Numbered from the whole stretch's first letter, positions 48,856 to 59,892 are shown. The stretch: 61,959 nt of DNA, filler included, from 5 parts of 5 records of this genome joined end to end with filler, not necessarily neighbours in it, one strand, 5' to 3'. A program made the numbers and translations. The notes: generated from the sequence alone by a model not told the origin.

Positions 48856-49869
48856 TCAGAATTCGGCTCTGGTGGCAAGGGTAAAGCGTGGCAGTCCGGC
48901 CAGATCCCGTCTGTCTGTCACGCCCGTGAAAACACTGGTGCCGGGAAGCCCGGGGATGTGCGTTGCCATGTCCTCATCCAAAACGGTCTGGCGAAGGATC
49001 TGCAGAACTCCTCCGGCGGGGCCGTCTGGCCCTTGCGTATCGGCGTGCTCAATCGCCAACAAGCCACCCGATCGAAGGAGAACCGCCGCTGTTCGCGCGA
49101 TGCCTCGCACCACGTCCAAACCATCGGCGCCCGAGTACAGCGCCACCGCCGGGTCGTGATCGCGCACCTCGATCTCGCGCGGAACCATCGCATCAGGGAT
49201 GTAGGGAGGATTCACGCACACCACATCAACGGCGCCCGCCAGGTGACCGAGGGGCTGACCGGGCGACGCCACTTCCGTGGCGTCCGCTGCTACGACCTCC
49301 AGCGAGGACCCACCAGCGGCCGCCGCGGCTCGGTACTCCTCGATGTTGCGCTCGGTCCACTCCAGCGCGGCTTCATCTCGTTCGACGAGGAACACCGTGG
49401 ACCCGGGGGCTTCCAGAGCGAGGGAGAGTCCTATGACTCCGCTTCCCGCGCACAGATCGACGGCCGTTCCGCCCTCCGCGTCACGTAACGCACGAACTCC
49501 GGCCTCGGCGATCAATTCGGTCTCCGGCCGTGGGAGGAACACGCCGGGTCCCACCGACACCTCGAGCCGACGAAAAGCAGCCCGCCCGGTGATGTGCTGC
49601 AGGGGAACACGCGTCAAGCGTCGGGCCACTGCCTTTTCGAATTGCACGCGCTGCGACGCTGGAGGCTCGTCATGCAGGAAGAGTCGACTGCGCGGAACGT
49701 CGAGCACCCACGCCATCAGCCACGCGGCATCGGCTTGCGGAGACGGAACCCCTGCACCGGCGAGTCGGCGTTCCGCGTCGTAGAGAAGATCGCGAACCGT
49801 CTGCCGGCCACCGTCGGTGGAGTAACCACCAGACTCGACGTCGTCGAAGCGGGGGGAATCGTCGCCCAT
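48856..49869 (-). CDS. prmC: Release factor glutamine methyltransferase
   Basis: PLQHITG, GVFLPRPETE, DLCAGSG, NPPY, ALYSGADGLD. Confidence 0.94.
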   Translation of the reverse strand: MGDDSPRFDDVESGGYSTDGGRQTVRDLLYDAERRLAGAGVPSPQADAAWLMAWVLDVPRSRLFLHDEPPASQRVQFEKAVARRLTRVPLQHITGRAAFRRLEVSVGPGVFLPRPETELIAEAGVRALRDAEGGTAVDLCAGSGVIGLSLALEAPGSTVFLVERDEAALEWTERNIEEYRAAAAAGGSSLEVVAADATEVASPGQPLGHLAGAVDVVCVNPPYIPDAMVPREIEVRDHDPAVALYSGADGLDVVRGIARTAAVLLRSGGLLAIEHADTQGPDGPAGGVLQILRQTVLDEDMATHIPGLPGTSVFTGVTDRRDLAGLPRFTLATRAEF

Positions 49870-49884
49870 GGCTGATCCGTCCCC

Positions 49885-50970
49885 TCAGGCCGATGACTCA
49901 GGTGATCCCGACAGTCGGGACTCCCGATCCGCCTGAGTGCACGCGTCCACGATGGCGTCCAAGTCACCATCGAGAACCTGGTCGAGGTTGTGGGCCTTGA
50001 AGCCCACGCGATGATCGCTGATCCGATTCTCTGGAAAGTTGTAGGTGCGGATGCGCTCACTTCTGTCCACGGTGCGGATCTGACTGCGTCGCGCGTCCGA
50101 CGCTTCCTGCGCCGCCTGCTCCTCCGCGATGGCCAGCAGTCGGGCGCGCAGAATGCGAAGCGCCTGCTCGCGGTTCTGCAGCTGGCTCTTCTCGTTCTGG
50201 CAGGACACGACGACGCCCGTGGGAACGTGAGTGATGCGCACCGCTGAGTCGGTGGTGTTCACGCTCTGCCCACCAGGACCGGAGGATCGGTACACGTCGA
50301 TGCGCAGATCGTTCGGGTCGATGGTCACGTCGACGTCCTCGGCCTCCGGCAAAACGAGCACGCCGGCCGCCGACGTGTGAATTCGACCCTGGGATTCGGT
50401 GACGGGCACTCGCTGGACTCGATGAACGCCACCTTCGAATTTCAGTCGCGCGAAGGGGGCTTCTCCCGGCTCAAGGACGCCCTTGGCCTTCACTGCGAGG
50501 GAAGCGTCCTTGTAGCCGCCAAGGTCGGATTCGACCGCGTCGATGACCTCGGTCGCCCAGCCGCGCCGTTCGGCGTAGCGCAGATACATACGCAGTAGGT
50601 CTCCGGCGAACAGGGCTGATTCCTCACCGCCTTCACCGGCCTTCACTTCGACGATGACGTCTTTGTCGTCCATGGGATCCCGGGGAATGAGGAGCTCACG
50701 AAGCCGTTCTGCCGCGCGCTCTTCTCGTCCCGCCAGACTCGCTGCCTCGTCGGAGAAGGTGTCATCTCCCAACTCCGACAGCTCAACGGCGGCGAGGTGG
50801 TCCTCGTGCAGAGCGCGCCATTCCCGATAGACGGCAACCACCGGACGCAATTGCGCATACCGGCGGCCGAGTTTGCGAGCCGCGGCCTGGTCTGCGTGGA
50901 TAGACGGGTCGGCGAGTTCGGTCTCGACCTCGTCGAGTTCGCGTGCGAGGTCCTCGCAACTGTCAAACAC
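49885..50970 (-). CDS. prfA: Peptide chain release factor 1
   Basis: [16 protein letters not shown] (PxT), [14 protein letters not shown]. Confidence 0.98.
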   Translation of the reverse strand: MFDSCEDLARELDEVETELADPSIHADQAAARKLGRRYAQLRPVVAVYREWRALHEDHLAAVELSELGDDTFSDEAASLAGREERAAERLRELLIPRDPMDDKDVIVEVKAGEGGEESALFAGDLLRMYLRYAERRGWATEVIDAVESDLGGYKDASLAVKAKGVLEPGEAPFARLKFEGGVHRVQRVPVTESQGRIHTSAAGVLVLPEAEDVDVTIDPNDLRIDVYRSSGPGGQSVNTTDSAVRITHVPTGVVVSCQNEKSQLQNREQALRILRARLLAIAEEQAAQEASDARRSQIRTVDRSERIRTYNFPENRISDHRVGFKAHNLDQVLDGDLDAIVDACTQADRESRLSGSPESSA

Positions 50971-51018
50971 GCCTTCGCCCTCCTGCCTGAGGTGGCTGCC
51001 GGGCAGTCCACAAGAAAT

Positions 51019-51084
51019 CGGGCGCCGGTCGGGGATCGACCGCGCGACGGGGGAGACACGCGGCCGATCCCGGGCCGGCGCCCG
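51019..51084 (-). terminator. Long GC-rich hairpin (terminator) after rpmE
   Basis: 26-nt arms, 23/26 Watson-Crick complementary, followed by AUUUCUU on minus strand. Confidence 0.75.
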
Positions 51085-51093
51085 GGAGCAGTG

Positions 51094-51318
51094 CTAGTTC
51101 GATCCTGAGCCGGGACCCTTCCCGTAGCGGGTTTCGAACTTCGCTACGCGACCACCCGTATCGAGAATCTTCTGCTTTCCAGTGTAGAACGGATGGCACT
51201 GGGAACACACGTCTGCGTGAATGACGCCGTTCTTCGCGGTGCTCCGCGTCGTGAAGGTGCTCCCGCAGGTGCACGTCACCGCCGTCTCGACGTACTCCGG
51301 GTGGATATCAGCTTTCAC
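51094..51318 (-). CDS. rpmE: 50S ribosomal protein L31 (Zn-binding form)
   Basis: [31 protein letters not shown]. Confidence 0.97.
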   Translation of the reverse strand: MKADIHPEYVETAVTCTCGSTFTTRSTAKNGVIHADVCSQCHPFYTGKQKILDTGGRVAKFETRYGKGPGSGSN

Positions 51319-51342
51319 TTCGTCACGTCCTCTATGTAGGTG

Positions 51343-51388
51343 TCCGGGTCGTCGGCCACCCTCGGGGGGTGAGGCGACGGGAACCGGA
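51343..51388 (-). ncRNA. Putative actinobacterial L31 ribosomal-protein leader
   Basis: Minus strand UCCGGUUCCCGUCG...CGACGACCCGGA hairpin in rpmE 5' UTR, just downstream of an extended -10 TGGCATACT; resembles the described L31-Actinobacteria leader (from memory). Confidence 0.55.
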
Positions 51389-51414
51389 GCACGAAAAGTA
51401 TGCCACGGACGGGG

Positions 51415-52674
51415 TCACTCTTCCTCTGTGGACCCCTGGACTGCTGGAGTGGTCTTTTGGACCTGAAGCAGGAAGTCGTAGTTGTTGTCGTTTTCGCGCA
51501 GTTTGCCGAGCAGCAACTCGATGGATTGCTGCTGATCAAGCGCGTGCAGAACCCGACGCAGCTTCCATACGATCTTGAGCTCGTCGCTGGACATGAGCAA
51601 CTCCTCCTTGCGGGTGCCGGACGCGTCCACGTCCACCGCAGGGAAAACACGCTTGTCCGCGAGTCGGCGGTCGAGCTTCAATTCCATGTTGCCCGTTCCC
51701 TTGAACTCTTCGAAGATCACCTCGTCCATCCGCGACCCGGTCTCCACCAGAGCCGTGGCAAGGATTGTCAGTGAGCCACCGTTCTCGATGTTGCGGGCAG
51801 CACCGAAGAACTTCTTGGGCGGATACAGCGCTGTGGAGTCGACTCCACCGGACAGGATGCGTCCAGACGCTGGCGCCGCGAGGTTGTAGGCACGGCCGAG
51901 TCGGGTCATCGAGTCGAGAAGAACGACGACGTCGTGACCGAGTTCCACCAGACGCTTGGCGCGCTCGATCGACAGTTCGCTGATGATCGTGTGGTCTTCT
52001 GCGGGGCGGTCGAAGGTAGAGGCGATAACCTCACCCTTGACCGAACGTTGCATGTCGGTCACCTCCTCCGGGCGCTCGTCGACGAGGACGACCATCAGGT
52101 GAACCTCAGGGTTGTTCTCGGAGATGGCGTTCGCGATGGCCTGGAGCACCATCGTCTTGCCGGCCTTGGGCGGAGACACGATGAGTCCGCGCTGCCCCTT
52201 ACCGATCGGGGCGACGAGGTCGATAACTCGTGTCGTCAAATTCTGCGGTGTCGTCTCCAGTCGCAACCGGTCCTGTGGATACAGCGGGGTCAACTTCGAG
52301 AAATCGGGGCGTTCTTTCGCAGCATCGAAGTCTCCCCCATTGATCGTTTCCACGCTTACCAGCGGGTTGAACTTCTCCTGCCGTTCACCGTCGCGGGGTT
52401 GACGCACCTGACCGGTGATCGCATCTCCCTTGCGCAAGCCGTACTTGCGCACCAACGAAAGCGAGACGTACACGTCGTTGGGGCCCGGAAGGTAGCCACC
52501 GGTACGGACGAAAGCGTAGTTTTCCAGGACGTCGATGATGCCCGCCACCGGTAACAGGACATCGTCCTCGGTGACGACCGGTTCGCCCTCACCGTAGCCA
52601 CCCTTGCGGTCGCGACGATCCCGATATCGATCCCGACCCCGACGCCGGCGGCGCCCGCCGTCGTCTCGGTCGTT
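51415..52674 (-). CDS. rho: Transcription termination factor Rho (5' truncated)
   Basis: R/D-rich N-terminal insertion, [45 protein letters not shown]. Confidence 0.98.
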   Translation of the reverse strand, partial: NDRDDGGRRRRRGRDRYRDRRDRKGGYGEGEPVVTEDDVLLPVAGIIDVLENYAFVRTGGYLPGPNDVYVSLSLVRKYGLRKGDAITGQVRQPRDGERQEKFNPLVSVETINGGDFDAAKERPDFSKLTPLYPQDRLRLETTPQNLTTRVIDLVAPIGKGQRGLIVSPPKAGKTMVLQAIANAISENNPEVHLMVVLVDERPEEVTDMQRSVKGEVIASTFDRPAEDHTIISELSIERAKRLVELGHDVVVLLDSMTRLGRAYNLAAPASGRILSGGVDSTALYPPKKFFGAARNIENGGSLTILATALVETGSRMDEVIFEEFKGTGNMELKLDRRLADKRVFPAVDVDASGTRKEELLMSSDELKIVWKLRRVLHALDQQQSIELLLGKLRENDNNYDFLLQVQKTTPAVQGSTEEE

Positions 52675-52774
52675 NNNNNNNNNNNNNNNNNNNNNNNNNN
52701 NNNNNNNNNNNNNNNNNNTTAATTAATTAANNNNNNNNNNNNNNNNNNNNNNNNNNNNNNNNNNNNNNNNNNNN
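52675..52774. other. Artificial contig spacer
   Basis: 44 N + TTAATTAATTAA + 44 N. Confidence 0.99.
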
Positions 52775-52775
52775 T

Positions 52776-53030
52776 ACGGCGCCCCAAGCCACCTTCGGCC
52801 TGCCCTTGGCAGATATTATCGATGTGGCGGCGGAGAGAATGCGCCTTGAAAAAAGCATGGGGAAATTGGCGAAAGAACTCGGCGGCCTTCGCGGGCGTTT
52901 GAACAACCCCAAATTCGCCGCCTCCGCCCCCCCAGAGGTCTTGGCCGAAACACGCGCCAATCTCGAAGCCCGTGAAGAGGAAGAGGCTAAACTCTCTATA
53001 GCATTGGCAAGATTGCAAGAAATCGGATAG
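52776..53030 (+). CDS. valS: Valine--tRNA ligase, C-terminal coiled coil (fragment)
   Basis: [18 protein letters not shown]...[15 protein letters not shown]. Confidence 0.9.
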   Translation, partial: TAPQATFGLPLADIIDVAAERMRLEKSMGKLAKELGGLRGRLNNPKFAASAPPEVLAETRANLEAREEEEAKLSIALARLQEIG

Positions 53031-53065
53031 GCTGCGCAGAGATCTTTTTACCTGGAGACCGTGCC

Positions 53066-54175
53066 ATGTCACATAATGCGCTCACCGCCTTGGCCAAATC
53101 CTTGCCAGCCAGCGTCCCCTTTGTCGGACCAGAAACCCAAGAGAGGGCCTTGGGCCGGGCTTTCTCGGCCAGGCTGGGCGCCAATGAAAGCCAATTTGGC
53201 CCCTCGCCCCGTTCAATCGAGGCGATGGCACAAGCGGCGCAGGAGGTTTGGCAATATGGCGACCCGGAAAATCATGATCTGAAACAAGCGCTGGCCGCGC
53301 ATCACAACATTGATCCGGGCCATATCACCCTCGGCGAAGGCATTGACGGTCTCTTATTGACCTTGACCCGCCTGACCGTTGCATCTGGAGATGCCATCCT
53401 CACCTCCCACGGGGCCTATCCGACGTTTAATTATCATGCCGCCGGCAATGGCGGCACCCTGCATATGGTGCCATATCTGGATGATCACGAAGACCCCCGG
53501 GGCCTTGCCGAGCAGGCCCGCCTATTGGGCGCGAAACTGGTCTATTTCGCCAATCCTGACAATCCAATGGGCAGCTGGCACAGCGCTGATACTGTGCAAG
53601 AATTGATTGATAATTTACCCAAGTCTAGCCTCTTGGTGCTCGATGAAGCCTATATTGAATTGGCGCCAAACGGCACTGCGCCCGACTTGCGGCCCGAAAC
53701 AGACAATGTGATCCGTCTGCGGACCTTTTCCAAAGCCTATGGGATGGCGGGAGCGCGCGTGGGCTATGCCATTGGGCCAAAATCGCTGATCTCTGCCTTC
53801 GACAAACTGCGCAATCATTTCGGCCTGTCGCGAATTTCGCAGGCCGGAGCCTTGGCGGCCCTCAAAGACCAGGCCTATGTGGACGGCATCAAGCAAAAAG
53901 TGGCGAAAAGCCGCGAGACCCTCGCGCAGATTGCCCAAGACAATGGCCTCATTGCCCTGCCCTCAGCCACAAATTTCGTCACGATAGATTGCGGCAGAGA
54001 TGGCGATTTTGCCCGCTCAGTTCTCGAGCAGATGATCGCACGCGCTTTGTTTATCCGCATGCCTTTCGTGGCACCGATGAACCGTTGCATTCGCATCTCT
54101 TGCGGCGATGAAGCGGCGATGGATTTGGTTGCAAAAGCCTTGCCCGAAGCCCTGAAAGCCGCAAGATCGGCCTAG
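53066..54175 (+). CDS. PLP-dependent aminotransferase, HisC-like
   Basis: LGANES, ANPDNPMG, LDEAY, RTFSKAYGMAGARVGY, CIRIS. Confidence 0.9.
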   Translation: MSHNALTALAKSLPASVPFVGPETQERALGRAFSARLGANESQFGPSPRSIEAMAQAAQEVWQYGDPENHDLKQALAAHHNIDPGHITLGEGIDGLLLTLTRLTVASGDAILTSHGAYPTFNYHAAGNGGTLHMVPYLDDHEDPRGLAEQARLLGAKLVYFANPDNPMGSWHSADTVQELIDNLPKSSLLVLDEAYIELAPNGTAPDLRPETDNVIRLRTFSKAYGMAGARVGYAIGPKSLISAFDKLRNHFGLSRISQAGALAALKDQAYVDGIKQKVAKSRETLAQIAQDNGLIALPSATNFVTIDCGRDGDFARSVLEQMIARALFIRMPFVAPMNRCIRISCGDEAAMDLVAKALPEALKAARSA

Positions 54176-54176
54176 G

Positions 54177-55382
54177 CTAGCCGCGGGTCGCCTCTGCCAG
54201 CACACGCGCCGCGGCCTCCAATCCCCCCTTACCATGGGGAATATCTAAGGCCATCATGCCCGATTGGATGGCGCCAAGCGTTCCCATGATCATCTGCGCA
54301 TTGACATGCCCCATATGCCCAATGCGGAAAAACCCATCCGCATTCGGATCGTCATCTGTGGCCATATTCAACCCTATGCCCAGCGTCAGCCCGGCCTGAT
54401 GCTCTGTCCAGCGGCGCAAATTCAGCCCATTGGGCGCCTCAATCGAAAGCGCCGTGACAGCGTGGCTGCGCAGAGCCGGATCGGCGATATTCATCGCCAA
54501 TGGCCCGCCTTTACCCCAAGCGTCGCAAGCCGCCCAAACCGCCCGCGCAATCGCCTCATGCCGCGCCCAGACATGACGTAATTCTTCCTCGAGAATCATA
54601 TCCAAAGCCTCCCGCAACCCCAGCAAATGCTGCGTTGGCGCAGTGCCGCAGAAATATTGATAAAAATATTCGGGATTTATGCGCGCATTCCAGTCCCAAT
54701 ATGAACTCACCCGGGTCATCGCATTGCGTGCCGCGGCAGCCTTATCAGAGAAAAACACAAAGGAAATGCCCGGCGGGGTCATCAGGCCTTTTTGACAGGC
54801 TGTGACCATGAGATCGACGCCCCATTCATCCATTAAAAACTTATCGCAGCCCAGGCTGGCGATACAATCCACCATGAGCAAAGCCCCATGCCCCGCGGCA
54901 TCCAAACTGCGCCGCAGAGCGGCAATATCGTTGAGCACAGAGGTCGATGTGTCCACCTGGACCGCCATCACAGCTTTGATGCGGCCAGAGCGATCGGCGG
55001 CAAGATGGGCCTCGACCTGCGCCAAGTCAATCGTCGCGCGATTGCCAAAATCCAAGGTTTCCACCGTGACCCCAAGCGCGCGGGCCATTTCGCCCCAGCC
55101 TTCGCAAAACCGTCCGGTTGCCAAGACCAAGACCGTATCGCCAGCGGCCAACACATTAGAGACAGCGGCCTCCCAAGCACCATGGCCATTGGCGATATAG
55201 ATTGCCGCCTGCCCGGACGTGCTGGCCAGATGTTTCAGATCGGGAATCAAACTATGGGTCAGCTCAATCAATCCGCCCTCATAGATATTTGGGCAGGGTT
55301 GATGCATCGCGCGCAAAACACGCTCGGGCATGACCGAAGGGCCCGGGATGGCGAGATAGGAGCGGCCTTGGGACAGTGACAT
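54177..55382 (-). CDS. Class V aminotransferase (serine/alanine--glyoxylate type)
   Basis: IPGPS, NGHGAWEA, VDTSTS, VDCIASLG, QKGLMTPPG, FRIGHMG. Confidence 0.9.
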   Translation of the reverse strand: MSLSQGRSYLAIPGPSVMPERVLRAMHQPCPNIYEGGLIELTHSLIPDLKHLASTSGQAAIYIANGHGAWEAAVSNVLAAGDTVLVLATGRFCEGWGEMARALGVTVETLDFGNRATIDLAQVEAHLAADRSGRIKAVMAVQVDTSTSVLNDIAALRRSLDAAGHGALLMVDCIASLGCDKFLMDEWGVDLMVTACQKGLMTPPGISFVFFSDKAAAARNAMTRVSSYWDWNARINPEYFYQYFCGTAPTQHLLGLREALDMILEEELRHVWARHEAIARAVWAACDAWGKGGPLAMNIADPALRSHAVTALSIEAPNGLNLRRWTEHQAGLTLGIGLNMATDDDPNADGFFRIGHMGHVNAQMIMGTLGAIQSGMMALDIPHGKGGLEAAARVLAEATRG

Positions 55383-55485
55383 ATAATTTCACCTCGATTA
55401 TGATGGCTTATCGGTATTCGCGGTTTACTGCCGCGTCAAGCTGCCGTCCCTTGCAGCAACTCAAACAAAGCACTAACAGGCGCCC

Positions 55486-57255
55486 ATGGACATGAAATCA
55501 TCTTCCCCAAAAGACATAAAGCAAGGCGCCTTGTTCCTTTGGCTCTGGCGCGAATATCTGCGACGCCATATGTGGGTCTTGGCGATTATCGTCGTGTTGA
55601 TGATGATCGAAGGCAGCATGGTGGGCGGGCTTGCATGGATGATGCAGCCTCTATTTGACGGGGTCTTCGCTGGCGGCAGCAAAAGCCAACTGTGGTTGGT
55701 GGGCGGTATTGTCTTGGGTTTATTTTTGATCCGAGGCGTGCTCTCCGTCGTACATCGAGTGCTCATGACGAAAATTGCCAAGCAATCCGTAGCCGATTTG
55801 CAAAATGATTTGCTGCGCCACTTGCTGCACTTAGATCTCAGCTTTTTCTCCCGCTATGCACCGGGATATTTGATGGAGCGGGTCAACGGCGATGTGCAGG
55901 CGGTGGCGGGAATATGGGCGCTTTTGGTGCGCGGCGCGGCCCGCGATCTCATCGGGCTGATATCGCTTTTTGCGGTCATGCTCTCAATAGATTGGTTCTG
56001 GACCTTTGCGGCATTGATCGGCGCGCCCTTGCTATTGTTCCCTTCGCTTGTCGCGCAACGCTACACGCGCAAACAGGCCGTGAAAGCCCGAGAAGTCGCC
56101 GGCACTATGGCCACGCGCCTCAATGAAGCTTTCCACGGCGTGGGAACGATTAAGCTCAATGGTTTGGAGCGCTACTACACCGACCGCTATCGTGCCCTAA
56201 CGAAACGGCAGATTGAAGTAGAGATCAAAACTCTCTTTGGCACGGCCGTAATCCCCTCACTGGTGGATGTGATGAGTGGCATCGGTTTTGCCTGCGTAAT
56301 CATTTACGGCGGCTATGAAATCATCAGCGGTGCCAAAACGGTCGGGCAATTCATGGCCTTCTTCAGCGCATTAGGATTGGCATTTGAACCGCTGCGCCGC
56401 TTGGCCGGCATCTCTGGGCTGATCAATGCTGCCTCTGTATCCATCCAAAGAATGCGAGATATTTTCAACCATCAGCCAACGCTGCTCGGCCCGGATCATC
56501 CAAAACCCGTTCAGCCCTTTGGCGATATTGAGTTCAAGAACGTCAGTTTAGAGTTTGGCGAAACGCCCGTGCTGCGCGACGTCTCCTTCCGCGCGCCTGC
56601 TGGGAAAACCACTGCAATTGTCGGGGCCTCAGGCGCGGGCAAGACAACGATTTTCAATGCGCTCACCCGGCTTTACGCCCATAGCGCGGGTGAGATCACA
56701 ATCTCCGGCCTTGCAAATACAGACATCGATCCCAGCGCCCTTCGGGCCTGTATCTCAGTGGTGTCGCAAGACAGCCTGCTGTTTGATGAAACCCTTGGGG
56801 AAAACATCATACTTGATGCGCACGAAATCGATCCATCGAAACTCAATGAGGTGATCTCAGCAGCACATGTTGCCGATTTCCTGCCCAGTTTGGCCCAAGG
56901 CATGGACACCGAAGTTGGGCCACGCGGCACAAATCTGTCCGGCGGGCAGCGTCAACGAGTCGCCATCGCGCGCGCGCTTCTGCGCGATACGCCCATTTTA
57001 CTGTTGGATGAGGCCACCTCAGCGCTTGACACCCAATCAGAAGTTCTTGTGCAAGACGCATTAGAAAAACTCTCCGCAAACCGCACCACTTTGGTCATCG
57101 CCCACCGCCTGTCGACCATTGTCTCTGCCGATCATATCATCGTTATGGACAAAGGCCGGGTGATTGAGCGCGGCACCCATGCAGAGCTGATTGCGGCTGG
57201 TGGACATTATTCGGACCTCTGCCGCTTGCAATTTGATCACTCGGAGAGCCAGTAG
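55486..57255 (+). CDS. MsbA-like ABC transporter ATP-binding/permease
   Basis: TM domain + GASGAGKT, VSQD, LSGGQRQR, LDEATSALD, IAHRLST. Confidence 0.9.
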   Translation: MDMKSSSPKDIKQGALFLWLWREYLRRHMWVLAIIVVLMMIEGSMVGGLAWMMQPLFDGVFAGGSKSQLWLVGGIVLGLFLIRGVLSVVHRVLMTKIAKQSVADLQNDLLRHLLHLDLSFFSRYAPGYLMERVNGDVQAVAGIWALLVRGAARDLIGLISLFAVMLSIDWFWTFAALIGAPLLLFPSLVAQRYTRKQAVKAREVAGTMATRLNEAFHGVGTIKLNGLERYYTDRYRALTKRQIEVEIKTLFGTAVIPSLVDVMSGIGFACVIIYGGYEIISGAKTVGQFMAFFSALGLAFEPLRRLAGISGLINAASVSIQRMRDIFNHQPTLLGPDHPKPVQPFGDIEFKNVSLEFGETPVLRDVSFRAPAGKTTAIVGASGAGKTTIFNALTRLYAHSAGEITISGLANTDIDPSALRACISVVSQDSLLFDETLGENIILDAHEIDPSKLNEVISAAHVADFLPSLAQGMDTEVGPRGTNLSGGQRQRVAIARALLRDTPILLLDEATSALDTQSEVLVQDALEKLSANRTTLVIAHRLSTIVSADHIIVMDKGRVIERGTHAELIAAGGHYSDLCRLQFDHSESQ

Positions 57256-57310
57256 GGCCGGCGGCGGCGGCGTCTTTTATCTGGCGCAATGCAGGAGGTG
57301 AAGGCCTTTG

Positions 57311-57988
57311 CTACGGCTTGCGATACCGCCGCGCTAAATCGTCGGGATTGGCACCCAAGACATATCGCAACAAAAGGCCAAGGTTCTTCGCCCCACGGCG
57401 CAACCACCCCTGCTGCTGATATTTGTCGGCGCGCGTGAAGGCATGGGCTGGCAGTCGGTGGATTTTCCCCTTTAAGGCCCGCACCAGCGCCACATCTTCC
57501 ATCAGCGGCTGATCTGGATAGCCTCCCGACCGGTCATAATCACTCCGGCGCAGGACGAGCCCCTGATCCCCGTAAGGAAGACCGAAAAGGTCACTGCGCA
57601 AATTCGCCCAAGCTGCCACCCATCGGGCCGCAAAACCTCTGGCACGGAAGGCCAGTGAAAAACACAAAGGGCCTTGCTGCATAGCGGCTTTTACCTGCGC
57701 GGCCCAGCCCTCCTGCAAGATCGTATCCGCATGCAAGACCATCACCCATGCGCCGCGCGTGGCCGCCACCCCGCGGCGCAATTGCCCGCCGCGCGAGGCG
57801 GCACCGGTCACAATCTCCGCGCCCCAGGCCAAGGCGATAGCACCGCTGGCATCTGTCGATCCACCATCGGAGACAACCACCTCACAGATCAATCCAGCAT
57901 CCAATCCCTCCATCAACGACAAAAGGGTCGCCGGCAGGCTGTTGGCAGAATTAAGCGTTGGGATAACAACGGAAATCGGTGCAGACAT
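57311..57988 (-). CDS. GT2 glycosyltransferase, TIGR04283-like
   Basis: SVVIPTLN, SDGGSTD, LHADT, LPYGDQGL, PLMEDV. Confidence 0.85.
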   Translation of the reverse strand: MSAPISVVIPTLNSANSLPATLLSLMEGLDAGLICEVVVSDGGSTDASGAIALAWGAEIVTGAASRGGQLRRGVAATRGAWVMVLHADTILQEGWAAQVKAAMQQGPLCFSLAFRARGFAARWVAAWANLRSDLFGLPYGDQGLVLRRSDYDRSGGYPDQPLMEDVALVRALKGKIHRLPAHAFTRADKYQQQGWLRRGAKNLGLLLRYVLGANPDDLARRYRKP

Positions 57989-58048
57989 GAGGCCTCTGGC
58001 TTTGCGGTCAAAACAGCTTATATGGAAAGCACAGACAAAGGAATACCC

Positions 58049-58780
58049 ATGGCACAGCCCGAACAGCCCCGCAGCATTCTTCAAGTCACCGGTGCTGACC
58101 GGACCTTCTTTTTGCAAAATCTTGTGACCAATGACGTCTCCGCACCCGGATTGCATTACACCGCGTTGTTGACACCACAGGGCAAATATCTTGCAGATTT
58201 CTTCGTGTTGCAGCGGCCAGATGATCTGCTCATCGACGTGGCCACAGAGATTTGCTCCGGCCTTAACATGCGCCTCAATATGTACCGCCTGCGCGCAGAT
58301 GTTCAAATTGCCGAAGTGAATATCGACCTATGCTGCGGATTGGGCACCCTCCCGCCGGATGGATTTGCCGATCCGCGTGATCCCAATTTGGGCTGGCGCG
58401 CCTACGGGCGGCAAGAGGCAGGTGTCATCGATTGGCCAGCCTTGCGCGTGGCGCATATCATTCCTGAAACCGGAATAGAGCTAACTCCAGACCGCTTTAT
58501 CCTAGAAATGGATTTCGAGCGTCTCAACGGGGTGGATTTCAAAAAAGGCTGCTATGTCGGACAAGAAATCGTTGCGCGCATGAAACATAAAACCGAGCTC
58601 CGCAAAGGCCTGCGGCAAGTGAAGATCTCAGGATCAGCACCGATTGGCACTGCCATTCTTGCCAATGAAAAACCCGCCGGCGTGTTATATACACAGCAGG
58701 GCGGGCTTGCATTGGCCTACCTGCGCTTTGATCGCATCGCCCCTGAGATGGTAGCGGGCTTTGCGATCATCACCCCTTAG
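58049..58780 (+). CDS. ygfZ: Folate-binding Fe-S maturation protein YgfZ
   Basis: [24 protein letters not shown] signature. Confidence 0.93.
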   Translation: MAQPEQPRSILQVTGADRTFFLQNLVTNDVSAPGLHYTALLTPQGKYLADFFVLQRPDDLLIDVATEICSGLNMRLNMYRLRADVQIAEVNIDLCCGLGTLPPDGFADPRDPNLGWRAYGRQEAGVIDWPALRVAHIIPETGIELTPDRFILEMDFERLNGVDFKKGCYVGQEIVARMKHKTELRKGLRQVKISGSAPIGTAILANEKPAGVLYTQQGGLALAYLRFDRIAPEMVAGFAIITP

Positions 58781-59340
58781 GCCCGTTCTGTGTATTCCAT
58801 CGAAATCGTGTCTACGATGATCAACTCATCCTGCCCCACGAAGGGCGGCACCATAACTTTCAATCCATTGTCTAAAACAGCAGGCTTAAAGGAATTGGCC
58901 GCAGTTTGACCTTTGACCACAGGCTCTGTCTCAACGATTTTGCACGTCACCTTTTGCGGCAGTGTGGCATGAAGCGCTTCGGCCTCATGATATTCAATCT
59001 GGACGGTCATCCCGTCTTGTAAAAACGGACGGCGATCACCAAGCAGCTCCGCCGGCAGCTCGATTTGGTCATAGGTTTCCATATCCATAAACACCAACAT
59101 GCCGTCATTTTCGTACAAAAACTGCTGATCCTTTTGCTCCAAACGTACCTTTTCCACTTTGTCAGCGGAGCGGAATCGCTCGTTTAATTTCGATCCATTG
59201 CGCAGATTGCGCATCTCAACCTGAGCAAAAGCCCCGCCTTTTCCGGGCTTTACGTGATCGACCTTCACTGCGCTCCAGAGGCCGCCATTGTGCTCAAGCA
59301 CATTGCCGATTCGTATTTCATTTCCGTTAATCTTTGGCAT
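58777..59340 (-). CDS. efp: Elongation factor P
   Basis: [36 protein letters not shown]. Confidence 0.97.
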   Translation of the reverse strand: MPKINGNEIRIGNVLEHNGGLWSAVKVDHVKPGKGGAFAQVEMRNLRNGSKLNERFRSADKVEKVRLEQKDQQFLYENDGMLVFMDMETYDQIELPAELLGDRRPFLQDGMTVQIEYHEAEALHATLPQKVTCKIVETEPVVKGQTAANSFKPAVLDNGLKVMVPPFVGQDELIIVDTISMEYTERA

Positions 59341-59556
59341 GTATTAAGACCTTGAGTAAAAGGTTGAATTTGATTTAACACCGCCTATATCGAAGCGAGG
59401 GTGCGGTTTCAAGCCACGACTGAGGCCGCGGTTGGAAGCTAAGCTATGCGTTAGGTGCATGGCAGATATTCCGAAAGAGACCACCCGAATCGTTTTCGAT
59501 GCTGCATAAGGAACGCAGATCGAAAAGTTCAAGAGTAAGAATTAAAAGGACACGAG

Positions 59557-59868
59557 ATGAAAGATTTCGTCGACGGAAACGCCTTTAACAACGAACAGGG
59601 TAACCGTGCCCGCAAACTCTTTGCTGCCGTTGTCTTGGCTGCATTAGATGACGCGATTGCGGACGATAAGAAATATGGCAACGGACCTGAGCAGATTGCA
59701 CGTTGGGCCCGCTCTCGCGATGGGCGCGAAGTGCTCTCCTGCGCCGGCATTGATCCCAACGAACGTGTGGTCTCTGGCCTCATGGATTTCGTCGGAAAAG
59801 GCATCCGCACCTCCGTGGCTCTGAGCCGCGAAGAGAGCGAGCGCCGCCAGCAGGCAGAAGCTGCATAA
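59557..59868 (+). CDS. Small Rhodobacteraceae-type protein (DUF6280-like, from memory)
   Basis: SD AAGGA, RARKLFAAVVLAALDDAI, own terminator. Confidence 0.75.
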   Translation: MKDFVDGNAFNNEQGNRARKLFAAVVLAALDDAIADDKKYGNGPEQIARWARSRDGREVLSCAGIDPNERVVSGLMDFVGKGIRTSVALSREESERRQQAEAA

Positions 59869-59892
59869 AACCACTTAAGGGTTTTGACCGCC

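Noticed and set aside
57674-58306. Long N-terminal extensions of ygfZ and the glycosyltransferase suggesting overlapping genes
   Set aside because: Recognisable domains start at ATG 58049 and ATG 57988; extensions are ORF-caller artefacts (same for ssb/cobK and atpA)
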